Shown: piece by piece, positions 25,013-34,641 of the stretch
How the letters are laid out: each line of letters starts with the position of its first letter
Numbering within the stretch: position 1 is the stretch's first letter
Origin: Chthoniobacterales bacterium
Lineage (GTDB): Bacteria; Verrucomicrobiota; Verrucomicrobiia; Chthoniobacterales; DASVRZ01
NCBI GenBank assembly: GCA_038230215.1
Contig: JBBRNR010000003.1
Coordinates: forward strand, 100,836-164,835
Reading direction: 5' to 3'
Length of the DNA: 64,000 nucleotides
Program-made: the position numbers and the translations under genes
The notes under the pieces: generated by a model
Database searches by the model: none
What the model saw: only the letters and a program-made list of their open reading frames with translations
Told to the model about the DNA's origin: nothing

Positions 25013-25363
25013 TTAGTTGTGTTGGTTGTTGTCTTCGAGACCCTGCTTCAGATCGCTGAGCGCCTGGAGGCGGTCGCGTTCATACTTGGCAATCCAGCGC
25101 TCGTAGATCTCGTGCAGCGGCACCGGATTCAGGAAATGCAGCTTCTCGCGACCGCGCCAGACTACCGCGACGAGATTGGCCTCTTCGAGAAGAACCAAAT
25201 GCTTCGTCACCGCCTGTCGCGTCATTGCCAGATGTGCGCACAACTCCGACAACGTCTGACCGTTCTCAGCGTGCAACGCATCCAGCAACTTCCGCCGACT
25301 CGCATCGGCCAGAGCGCGAAAAACTGCATCCATCGCCGTCATTATGCAACCATTCAGTTGCAT
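25013..25363 (-). CDS. ArsR/SmtB-family transcriptional regulator
   Basis: FRALADASRRKLLDAL...LSELCAHLAMTRQAVTKHLVLLEEANLV winged-helix HTH. Confidence 0.85.
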   Translation of the reverse strand: MQLNGCIMTAMDAVFRALADASRRKLLDALHAENGQTLSELCAHLAMTRQAVTKHLVLLEEANLVAVVWRGREKLHFLNPVPLHEIYERWIAKYERDRLQALSDLKQGLEDNNQHN

Positions 25364-25413
25364 GTCAAGGCGCGATCCAGCTGCAATATGTTTTCTCGAT
25401 TCGTCTGCGAGTG

Positions 25414-25872
25414 CTAAACGTCGCTCTCTTTCGGTTTTCGCCAGCGGACAATGATATTGATATGATTTTTATCGTATCGAATCCGCCACGGGTTCCATTC
25501 CAGCACGAGGTCTTTGATTAAAAAACAGCCCACCATCGCCACAAGAGTCAGCTCAGTCATCTCCCAGCGGGTCCACACGAGCGGACGACCGATTCCGCAA
25601 GCCATCAAAACCACCGCGAGCAATAACGTGGTAACACCCAAAGTGGTTTCCAGGCACATACACTGCATCTCGACTTTTTCCGAAGCAGCCATCCTTCGCG
25701 ACGCGGCCAGACGATAAAGATCGCGCACCAGGCTCTGCACAAAAACAAGGAGCGTGAGGAAAAACAGCATTTTCCCAACAGTCAAAGTCGATGGAAGCAA
25801 AGGGGCCGCGGCCCAGACTATTCCCGTGGCGAGAAAGATTAGACCGAGTTCGACTTTTTCTGAGGTGACCAT
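25414..25872 (-). CDS. Small 4-TM membrane protein, unknown function
   Basis: Four hydrophobic segments; internal duplication (SEKVELGLIFLATG vs SEKVEMQCMCLETT). Confidence 0.45.
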   Translation of the reverse strand: MVTSEKVELGLIFLATGIVWAAAPLLPSTLTVGKMLFFLTLLVFVQSLVRDLYRLAASRRMAASEKVEMQCMCLETTLGVTTLLLAVVLMACGIGRPLVWTRWEMTELTLVAMVGCFLIKDLVLEWNPWRIRYDKNHINIIVRWRKPKESDV

Positions 25873-25980
25873 GGATCTTGTTTGCTAGTCCGAAAACTAA
25901 CCAGATTGAGATGCCACTATTCTGGTGTAATCTTCGCGTGTGTGTCCCCGGAGCTATGATCGGGCTGTTAGTAGATTCGA

Positions 25981-26676
25981 TTACAACGCCAGCTTGCCGA
26001 GGAGATCGGGGCGGGTTCGCAGCACGCGCTTGGCGATTTTTCGGAACTCGCTGACCCACTCTTTGAGCAAACCAAAAGCTTTGTCCCGCGTATCGGTGGC
26101 TTTCTTGGCCGCACCTACCGCTAGTAATTGCGTTTTGGAAAGATCACTCACGCTTTTGATGCCCGCGAGCTGCGCATCGATGGCTGCAGGCGAATAACCA
26201 CGCTTGGTTAGCTTCGCGCTATAAGTCGCCGTTTTGCCCGCTGCATAGGAGGACTTCGCCGCCGTGAGAAACTTCTGCAAATCCTGAGGAGTGGACCCTT
26301 TCAACCCCAGCGCGATCTGCTCCGCGCTTGTGGGATAGACCGCACGGGCAATCTCGCGATAATCCGAAAAATCCTTCCGCTCCTCTGCCTCCATCTTGCC
26401 GAGATTTTCGGTCGAGCGTTTCGCCACTCCCATCGCTGTCTGCCGTGCATTGTAACCCGCCTGCGCTGGTTCCTGAAAATCGGTGATCGCCGTCGCGAGA
26501 TCGGCTGGTGCATAGCCAATCCCACCGATGAACGTCTGGATCTCCGCATCGTCGCGCGCAGCTTCCATCAGCGTCAACGCCGCACTGATGTCATTGGCCA
26601 TCTGCTGATCCTGCTCCGCCTGTTTGCGGATTTTCTTTTCAGCGGGAGTTTCGTTAAGAATCGGAGAATCAGGCAT
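25981..26676 (-). CDS. Hypothetical helical protein (231 aa), array-associated (copy A)
   Basis: Open frame with host-like GC; Ala/Lys/Glu-rich, no motif recognised. C-terminal ~60 aa resembles that of 40531..41247. Confidence 0.55.
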   Translation of the reverse strand: MPDSPILNETPAEKKIRKQAEQDQQMANDISAALTLMEAARDDAEIQTFIGGIGYAPADLATAITDFQEPAQAGYNARQTAMGVAKRSTENLGKMEAEERKDFSDYREIARAVYPTSAEQIALGLKGSTPQDLQKFLTAAKSSYAAGKTATYSAKLTKRGYSPAAIDAQLAGIKSVSDLSKTQLLAVGAAKKATDTRDKAFGLLKEWVSEFRKIAKRVLRTRPDLLGKLAL

Positions 26677-26812
26677 AATAGTTAGGTTTGTTAGAAGTGA
26701 TGAATCGCGTTACAGCCAGTTCTACGGATAATTCGTTAAAATAGATAGTAAAATCTGAAAAAAATCTCGCTCTCTTTCAAATCCCGTCCTGCCGTTTCCC
26801 ATTTTCAAACTG

Positions 26813-27037
26813 GCATTCAGCGACTTCCGCATGGCATTTGACGACTCCCACGCGGCATTCGATGACTTCTTGGTGACGTTTGGTGACTCCTGTATGACAT
26901 TCAGCAACTTCCTGATGGCGTTCGACGACTCACGCTCAGCCTTTGATGAATACCGCATGGCGTCCACTGCTACCTCCATGACATTTAGCCGCTTGCGGAC
27001 CGCATTCGGCAACTTCATCTCGGCTTTTTCTGGCTGA
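26813..27037. repeat. Degenerate 21-bp tandem repeat, about 10.7 units
   Basis: Units read directly from sequence (gcattcagcgacttccgcatg, gcatttgacgactcccacgcg, gcattcgatgacttcttggtg ...). Both strands stay open across it (ORFs 26831..27037 + and 26722..27018 -). Confidence 0.9.
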
Positions 27038-27136
27038 ACCGCGCACTACTTAAAATCAGTCAAGATGTATTGACTAACCCATTGCCCCATACACACCATC
27101 TATTTCAAGATCAGATCCCTAAGTTACAATATTAAT

Positions 27137-27865
27137 ATGTCTGCCCTATCGCAATGGTTCACGACTCTAACAGCCACTGATAGAATTTCTCTGTTTGTTG
27201 GAATTGGCTCAATCGCTATTGGCATAGTTGCCGCTCTCGCAGGCGCATGGTTTGGCTCTTACTCAGCATTCAAGCTCGCGCGGCGCCAAGTGCAACAAGA
27301 CCTACGAGAAAAAAGACACAGTGCTCTGATTGCCACACAATACGCTTTAATGTCTCAGTGGAACCTGTTAGAGGGTATACGCCAAAACTTTCTTGAGCCT
27401 TACCGAAACGAAAACAAGAGGTTTATTAAAATGGACATCCTTTTCGTAACGGAACGGGCACTATCTATCCCTCTCTCTGAAATAACATTCATTGCCGAAT
27501 CCAATGATGCCAATTTGTTTCAAGAAATCTATCTTTCGGAGCAGCGCTATTTAGCATGCCTTAACGGATTGGAAATATTGCGTAACGAAGTGGAGAGATT
27601 TCATAACAACCCTAATCTGCTTCATAAGGACTTTGATACCACAACCGGGATCGCTCGACTGGAACCTGCAAAACCGGGCATCGACCTTAATCGCGAAACA
27701 TTTCGGCTTAAAGAGGCCACTGATGGGGTGTATAATGTGGTTGATAAGACCTTGCCCGCGATAGCTGAGATGATACCGAAGCTTGCGAAGTTTATGCTAA
27801 AGGAGTTTCCTAAAGAGAAAGCTTTGGGGTTCACTCCAATAAGCAAAAGCCAAACACCCTCCTGA
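27137..27865 (+). CDS. Hypothetical membrane-anchored protein (242 aa)
   Basis: N-terminal hydrophobic ISLFVGIGSIAIGIVAALAGAWFGSY, then helical soluble part; low GC; TTTCAA-16 nt-TACAAT ends 6 nt before the ATG. Confidence 0.5.
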   Translation: MSALSQWFTTLTATDRISLFVGIGSIAIGIVAALAGAWFGSYSAFKLARRQVQQDLREKRHSALIATQYALMSQWNLLEGIRQNFLEPYRNENKRFIKMDILFVTERALSIPLSEITFIAESNDANLFQEIYLSEQRYLACLNGLEILRNEVERFHNNPNLLHKDFDTTTGIARLEPAKPGIDLNRETFRLKEATDGVYNVVDKTLPAIAEMIPKLAKFMLKEFPKEKALGFTPISKSQTPS

Positions 27866-28009
27866 GCTCAAACCTTAGGGGGCCCAATTGGACTTGGCAT
27901 GAGGGCCGAACCTTGCAAATAACGTCCATGAAGCGGGAGCTTCAAAAACAACCGCGTCCCCAAGCCAGAGCTTGGGAACGAGTGGATCGCGGCCCCGTTT
28001 TTCTATCGG

Positions 28010-28201
28010 TTACTTTATGCGCCAAGCGACTTCGCAGGCCAAGTATTCGGCGACGACAATGCGAATTACCAAACCGCCACCATCGTCGATTGCGAGGTAG
28101 CGGTAATATCCGTCCTGCACTTCAACCCAATCATTTACCAACAATCCGACTTGCGATTTCACTCCAGTCTCTGACCGAAGAACCAGTTGCGTCACCAGCA
28201 T
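28010..28201 (-). CDS. Possible 63-aa ORF downstream of the HNH-like gene
   Basis: Starts 12 nt after the stop of 28214..28744 on the same strand; no homology recognised; weak call. Confidence 0.3.
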   Translation of the reverse strand: MLVTQLVLRSETGVKSQVGLLVNDWVEVQDGYYRYLAIDDGGGLVIRIVVAEYLACEVAWRIK

Positions 28202-28213
28202 CCGCTGAAGTCC

Positions 28214-28744
28214 TCATGAACCAACCTCGCCAAACAACTGTTGCACGTGAGCCGCATCGAAAGATTCGCGCATCTCATCGGACATTGATGCAAGCGGCCC
28301 GCACCAGAAGTGATCCGGGGCTTCGCGGCAGGGCTGACTCAAATCAAACGCCGCGTGACCGCGTGCGAGCTTAAGCATCACATTCTGCATTCGGTCTGTC
28401 TCAACGCGGAATTCGACTCGGCCATCAACTTGGTTTCTCGACGCTTCGATTCGCGCTCGTAATGCGGGCGACCTACGTAGTGATCGAGCGACCGAAGGTC
28501 GTCTTATCCCATTCGGATCTGTAGAACCTGCGAGAACCGCTTCAAGAAGACAGACAACATATTCTTCGTCCTTAGAAAATCCCTGGTTGCACTGCTCGCA
28601 GCAGCCCACGACAGGTAAGTTTTCTGGGTAGGGCGGCTCTAGCAGGATTCGTGAAGGAACGTGATCTCTGGTCTCAGCAGGGGCTCCGCAATAGACGCAG
28701 CCGTTAATTAGCCTATTGTCAGCGAAATTCTGAAGCTGGTTCAT
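28214..28744 (-). CDS. HNH/His-Me-finger-like Cys4 protein (176 aa)
   Basis: CVYCGAPAETRDHVPSRILL ... VGCCEQCNQGFSKDEEY: two CxxC pairs around DHVP, as I recall for HNH_5-type nucleases; low GC. Confidence 0.6.
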   Translation of the reverse strand: MNQLQNFADNRLINGCVYCGAPAETRDHVPSRILLEPPYPENLPVVGCCEQCNQGFSKDEEYVVCLLEAVLAGSTDPNGIRRPSVARSLRRSPALRARIEASRNQVDGRVEFRVETDRMQNVMLKLARGHAAFDLSQPCREAPDHFWCGPLASMSDEMRESFDAAHVQQLFGEVGS

Positions 28745-28753
28745 ACTTCCGCT

Positions 28754-29185
28754 TCACTCCCATATATCGGGAAACCTATCGAATCCGCGAGCCTTGTCCT
28801 CTTCGACGACCGTGACCTCTACTTCATCTCGCTTTAGGTAACGAATTGCTCTGAACCGATGATTGCCCGCAGTTACCTCATTGAATTGGTTTATTGTGAT
28901 CGGGTGAGGATCGGCTTGATCCAGCCAAGCTTCCTTAGTTTAAATCAATTCCGCTATACGCTCGTTATGGTATTCGTGCATCAAGCGATCCATTTCAGCA
29001 GGATCCTTTGTCTTGCTCGCGATCTCGGGCGCGACCTCACTCTTGTAGTGTTGATCCATGCCTTTCTGGCTGAATCTTCCTTGGTCGATTGACTTCTGAA
29101 CTCCTGCTCGGGTTGGATCAACCCTCTCGCCAGTAGCAAAGACGTAGGGCGACTGCTTTAGCATGCTTACCTTGAGTTTCGGCAT
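28754..29185 (-). pseudogene. ParB/sulfiredoxin-like nuclease-domain ORF interrupted by an in-frame TAA
   Basis: 81-aa ORF 28940..29185 ends in TAA. The same frame continues 61 codons to TGA 28754..28756 and reads PHPITINQFNEVTAGNHRFRAIRYLKRDEVEVTVVE (ParB-like GxHR..A core). Confidence 0.4.
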
Positions 29186-29198
29186 ATATGGATCAATC

Positions 29199-29333
29199 TC
29201 ACGCCTTCGCGTAAAGCTCGGCTCCTTTTTCGGCGAACTCGGCGGATTTTTCGGCCATGCCTTTGGCTAACGCTTCTTCTTCGCTGATTTGTTGTTCGGC
29301 GGCATATTTGCGAACATCTTCGGTGATTTTCAT
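29199..29333 (-). pseudogene. Detached duplicate of the thiC 3' end (last 44 codons + stop)
   Basis: Encodes [44 protein letters not shown], versus the real ThiC C-terminus ...[44 protein letters not shown]. 118/135 nt identical to 30038..30172 by hand count. Confidence 0.85.
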
Positions 29334-29352
29334 GTCTTTAGGGGATTCGGAT

Positions 29353-29565
29353 TCACGCGTCATTCTTTGACAAACTCATTGAGTCGCCCTGATTGAGATG
29401 AATGAGAGGATGGCCGGAGAGTTTTTCGCGTTGGCTGGTTTCGTCAAAAAATTTATCCAGATCGTGGTCGTAAGCTGCCGACAAAGCGTCTTTGGCCCGC
29501 CACACTTCCTGGAGAACCAAGTCGCCGGTGGTTTTTAAGGGTTGCTGGTTAGTCGATGTGTTCAT
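29353..29565 (-). CDS. Small protein partner of the PIN-like gene (putative antitoxin)
   Basis: 70 aa, overlaps the PIN-like ORF by 17 nt on the same strand. Pairing typical of TA modules; family not recognised. Confidence 0.45.
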   Translation of the reverse strand: MNTSTNQQPLKTTGDLVLQEVWRAKDALSAAYDHDLDKFFDETSQREKLSGHPLIHLNQGDSMSLSKNDA

Positions 29566-30034
29566 GGTCGTTCTCCATCAGTTCTTCTGGCGTGCAAATA
29601 ACAGGAAGGGTGATGCCAACACTTTCCGCCAGTTTGCGCAGCCGCGCTTGAATGGCTGCGTTGGCGATGTGCCGACAATTCCAACTCAAGAGAATATCCA
29701 TTTTGTAGGCACTGGCGAGGGCAATGTGCGCGGCGTCGCGTTCGGCTGTGGCAGGCAGTAGTCCCGAGACTAGGACTTTTTGGGTAAATTCCTTGATCTC
29801 TCCGGTCACTTGTAAAAGAGGAAATCCAGTCAGCAGTTCCAAGCGGAGTTGCGCCATGGCTTTCTCTCCGAAAGAAATTTCATCCAGCACGACTTGGGAG
29901 GCAAAAAGTTCGTGCTTGGCGCGTTGGAAATCCCACCAATCGCGGGTGAGTTGCTGGCGGGCAGCCTGCAGAAGATCGCGGGCTGGACGAGCCACGATGT
30001 AGCTGGGGATCGTGCTCTCGATGTAGATGCGCAT
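29549..30034 (-). CDS. PIN-like (VapC-family-like) domain protein
   Basis: MRIYIESTIPSY, VVLDEISFGE, ERDAAHIALASAYKMDILLSWNCRHIAN: acidic residues spaced as in PIN domains. ATG lies 3 nt after the thiC stop. Confidence 0.65.
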   Translation of the reverse strand: MRIYIESTIPSYIVARPARDLLQAARQQLTRDWWDFQRAKHELFASQVVLDEISFGEKAMAQLRLELLTGFPLLQVTGEIKEFTQKVLVSGLLPATAERDAAHIALASAYKMDILLSWNCRHIANAAIQARLRKLAESVGITLPVICTPEELMENDHEHID

Positions 30035-30037
30035 TGG

Positions 30038-32107
<2,070 letters not shown>

Positions 32108-32139
32108 TCATGGCTGAGAGATTCGTCTGGAACTCGATT

Positions 32140-32240
32140 GGAAAAAGTTCCGCTCCCTTCGACGGTGTTAGCCGCATCAGGTTCAAAGGGTCGTCCGGTT
32201 TTTCCAGACCTCTCAGCTCGTGGCTCCCCTGCTTGTCCGG
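32140..32240 (-). promoter_or_regulatory. TPP (THI-box) riboswitch upstream of thiC
   Basis: Minus strand reads ggggagccacgaGCTGAGAggtctgg...gaCCCTTTGAACCTGATgcGGcTAAcaCCgtcgaAGGGAgc, matching the conserved CUGAGA and ACCUGAU...GGGA elements. Confidence 0.85.
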
Positions 32241-32324
32241 TGGAGAATACGGGATGCGGCGCGGGGCGTCAATGCTCCTCCGCACGCGGGACTCAGTTGG
32301 ACGAAGGCAAAGGGTGCCCTTTTT

Positions 32325-33617
32325 TTAACACTTCGGCAATTTTCCACCGGCCCAGTCGGGTTGCTGGTGAAGGTGATAAAGCATCTCGCCAGCTTTGCGC
32401 ACGAGGAGCACTCCCTCATCCTCGCGGTTAGCGAAACTCTCCACATCGATTGTGGCCGGATCGCGATATCCGAGGTTGATTCGCTCGCAAACCTCGCGCG
32501 GGATGCCGGTGGCCAAAGTTACGCGGATACGGCATCGCTCGACCCCGTTTTCCATTTTGCCGATGCCGCGCACATGCGTCGAATGGGCGAGCGTGCCCCA
32601 GGGGTAATGTTTGAAGTCTTCCCATTGCGCGAGGAAGTAATCGACGCAGTGATAACCGATCTCCTCGATGAGACGGCCATGCACGACGGAGACCTCGCGA
32701 ATATGCGGCGCGTAAATGATCAGCTCGCCACCGTCGGCCACCACCGGCTCGAGCTTATACATGCACTTCCCGCCGACCCAAAGCTCGTCATACATTTTCG
32801 GTGCGCAGGAGAGGACGGTATGGAACGGCTTGTCCTTGTAGACGATGTGCAGTTGGCGCGAGAGCTCCGAGGCTTCGTCCCAGGCGGTCTCCGGCGTTCC
32901 GGCGAAAAGGCCCGCCAGCTTCGCTTCCCTCACTACCAGGCAAAAGCAGAGCTTGTCCACACGCACCATCGAACCGGCGAGATCGACCACTTGGCGCACC
33001 GGCGTCCACTTGTTGCCGATGATCATCGGGTTCGTGACGACCGCCCCGAGCCAGTGGAAAAAATTCAGCACCTCGGGACCGCTGACTCCTGGGAAAAGAT
33101 ATTTGTTGCCACCGGAAAACCCCACAACCTCATGGGGAAAAACCGGGCCGATGATAATGATCTGATCGTAATCGAACACCCGACGGTTGATTTTTACCTC
33201 CACTTCCATCGCGAAGAGACTGTTGGTTAGGTCGCTGATTTCGGCGGCGGAAATGGTGCCGATGGTTTTGAGAGCGGCCGGATTGTCCCACTCATGATTA
33301 AATAGTTGCACACGTAGGTATTTTTCCTGGCGCTCCTCCAATGTGATTTCGAGGCGCTCGCAGATCGCTGCCTCGCTCATCGGCGGATGTGTGCCGAGGG
33401 CCACCATTACATCGCAAGCCGCCGTGGCCGCACCGATTTGCGCGTGGATGGCTTTGAAGAGCATTCCGACCGGCGCGGTGCGCGTGGCGTCCGGCACGAT
33501 CAGCAACACGCGTTTTCCCTGATAATTATCTGCCGGACAGGCGCGAGCGACGACTTCGCTGACATGCCCGGGAGTGACACTCGCGCCCGAGGCCGCGACT
33601 TCCGCGATGGCTTTCAT
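32325..33617 (-). CDS. LarA-like (DUF2088) nickel-pincer-type 2-hydroxyacid racemase/epimerase family protein
   Basis: LLIVPDATRTAP and FPHEVVGFSGGNKYLFPG (His...GG.K region of LarA family); 430 aa. Confidence 0.7.
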   Translation of the reverse strand: MKAIAEVAASGASVTPGHVSEVVARACPADNYQGKRVLLIVPDATRTAPVGMLFKAIHAQIGAATAACDVMVALGTHPPMSEAAICERLEITLEERQEKYLRVQLFNHEWDNPAALKTIGTISAAEISDLTNSLFAMEVEVKINRRVFDYDQIIIIGPVFPHEVVGFSGGNKYLFPGVSGPEVLNFFHWLGAVVTNPMIIGNKWTPVRQVVDLAGSMVRVDKLCFCLVVREAKLAGLFAGTPETAWDEASELSRQLHIVYKDKPFHTVLSCAPKMYDELWVGGKCMYKLEPVVADGGELIIYAPHIREVSVVHGRLIEEIGYHCVDYFLAQWEDFKHYPWGTLAHSTHVRGIGKMENGVERCRIRVTLATGIPREVCERINLGYRDPATIDVESFANREDEGVLLVRKAGEMLYHLHQQPDWAGGKLPKC

Positions 33618-34423
33618 ATTGTTTGGGAAAGAAAGCCGCCGTCCACGCGCAGATCGATGCCGGTGACGAATCCGCTCGCTGGCGTGCTGGCTAGGAAAAT
33701 CACCGCGCCGATCAGCTCATGCGCCTCGCCGAAGCGCGCCATCGGCGTGTGGCCGAGAATCGATTGCCCCCGCGCGGTGGGTGATCCGTCCTCATTGAAA
33801 AGTAAGCGCCGGTTCTGTTCGGCAGGAAAAAACCCGGGGGTGAGGGTATTCACGCGGACGCCGCTTTGCGCCCATTCGCGTGCGAGAAACTGCGAGAGGT
33901 TGAGCACCGCCGCCTTCGCCGCCGAATAAGCGACCACCCGGCTGAGGGGCAAATGGGCGGAGACGCTGGCGATGTTAATCACGCTCCCTTTTCCGCGCCG
34001 CACCATCGCCGGGCCAAATTCCTGACATGGCAGGAGCGCACCGCCGACTAGGTTGAGGTCGAAACTCGCGCGCCAGTCGTCGGGCTGGATTTTCTCGAAA
34101 GGCAATTCCGTGGTGACGGTGACTTTCGGGTCGTTGCCGCCGGCGGCGTTGACTAAAATGGTGGGCACTCCGAGAGCGGCTACGATTTCCTGGTGGGCGC
34201 GGGCGAGGCTTGCAGCGTCCATCGCATCCGCAGAAAAAAACTGGGCGCGTCCGCCCGCGTCGGTGATTCGCTCCACACATGCCGCGCCGCGTCCGGGATT
34301 GCGTCCGAGCACCGCCACATTCGCGCCGGCACTCGCGAGACCTTCCGCGACGGCACCTCCGAGCGAACCAGTCGCGCCGATAACCACCGCCACGTCTCCA
34401 GACAAATCAAAGAGATTCGTCAT
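33614..34423 (-). CDS. SDR-family oxidoreductase (UxuB-type fructuronate/mannonate reductase candidate)
   Basis: VIGATGSLGGA cofactor loop, YSAAKAA (YxxxK); 4-nt overlap with LarA-like gene; hexuronate cluster context. Confidence 0.8.
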   Translation of the reverse strand: MTNLFDLSGDVAVVIGATGSLGGAVAEGLASAGANVAVLGRNPGRGAACVERITDAGGRAQFFSADAMDAASLARAHQEIVAALGVPTILVNAAGGNDPKVTVTTELPFEKIQPDDWRASFDLNLVGGALLPCQEFGPAMVRRGKGSVINIASVSAHLPLSRVVAYSAAKAAVLNLSQFLAREWAQSGVRVNTLTPGFFPAEQNRRLLFNEDGSPTARGQSILGHTPMARFGEAHELIGAVIFLASTPASGFVTGIDLRVDGGFLSQTI

Positions 34424-34641
34424 GACTTAAAATTCCCAAACAGATTTCGAAGCATGGCACTCAAAATATCTGGCAGTGATTTATTTTGAAAGCTCCCTGA
34501 TCGGACGTCGGCGCTTGAGTATGGCAAAGGTGGACATCCTCTTCCAAATAACGCATGATCAGACTTCTCATGCCCCCCCTGAGTTCGATCCGAGCCCATC
34601 ATCGAGAGACTGCCTCTGGCAGAATGGGCTGCCCATAAACG

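Noticed and set aside
26677-27018. Read-through fusion of the heptad ORF 26722..27018 with the 231-aa gene (they are in the same frame)
   Set aside because: Two stop codons (TAG at 26722..26724 and a TAA 3 codons later) lie between them, so simple read-through is implausible; the shared frame is probably coincidence.
26813-27037. CRISPR array interpretation of the 21-bp (and 42-bp, 41313..41522) repeats
   Set aside because: The units are contiguous and degenerate with no unique spacers, and no cas genes are present.
28940-28942. TAA reassignment or programmed read-through as a general feature of the organism
   Set aside because: Housekeeping genes here end in TAA (for example 279..1394, thiC, prfA). 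The in-frame TAA in the ParB-like ORF is more simply a nonsense mutation or a sequencing error.
34455-34480. Sigma-54-type TGGCAC element in the SDR/exuT divergent region
   Set aside because: No TTGC-like -12 element lies at the correct spacing.
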